Shown here: positions 63,839 through 64,000 of the stretch, in pieces
Layout of the letters: every line of letters starts with the position of its first letter
Position numbering within the stretch: position 1 is the first letter of the stretch
Origin: Marsupella aquatica
Taxonomy: Eukaryota > Plantae > Marchantiophyta
Reading direction: 5' to 3'
DNA: 64,000 nt
Assembly: GCA_973895155.1 (NCBI GenBank)
Contig: OZ316895.1
Coordinates: 12,717,929 to 12,781,928, forward strand
Made by a program: the position numbers and the translations under genes
Notes under the pieces: model-generated
The model's database searches: none
Told to the model about the DNA's origin: nothing
Seen by the model: the letters and a program-made list of their open reading frames with translations, nothing else

Positions 63839-64000
63839 GTTTGTTAGTTTCTTCATGTTCTACTCTACAATTACATTTGATAATGGATCAGCCATGTTCG
63901 AACTAGGTCAGTGATGGTCAGTGTGATGCTCTCCTACTACATTTACAGTTAACAATAGAATAGAAAACCAGGTTTCTATGAGCTGGGTGGGACAGGCACC

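Overview
Eukaryotic land-plant nuclear DNA; gene style and TE content suggest a bryophyte or liverwort, which is inference only. It is not prokaryotic, and I found no CRISPR array, rRNA or complete tRNA. Four host genes are supported: the last exon of TFIIA-gamma (741-881), an intronless NDR1/HIN1-like LEA_2 gene (32642-33406), a three-exon YCF54 (37891-39504) and an intronless subfamily-VIII-like bHLH (46010-47683). The rest is largely transposons. A complete PIF/Harbinger element (3295-13773, 24-bp TIRs, TTA TSD) carries a young full-length Ty1/Copia (6627-13049). A second, older Copia of the same family lies at 53988-60341. There is also a 5'-truncated L1-type LINE with TSD, a CRE-like RLE non-LTR fragment, a decayed MULE transposase and several MITE families. 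The most interesting signals: (i) both Copia copies keep an in-frame TGA exactly between gag and pol, inside an in-frame 45-nt GT..AG segment, implying readthrough or micro-intron control of Pol; (ii) the two copies have near-identical LTRs and pol but much more divergent Gag and leader, suggesting a capsid swap; (iii) a copy-number-variable 18-bp array of MYB/GTAC/ACGT motifs sits in the LTR U3; (iv) a 13-bp GTAC-rich minisatellite lies upstream of the bHLH gene; (v) a MITE family with 8-bp TSDs has atypical termini. All coordinates and identity estimates were read by eye and need computational confirmation.
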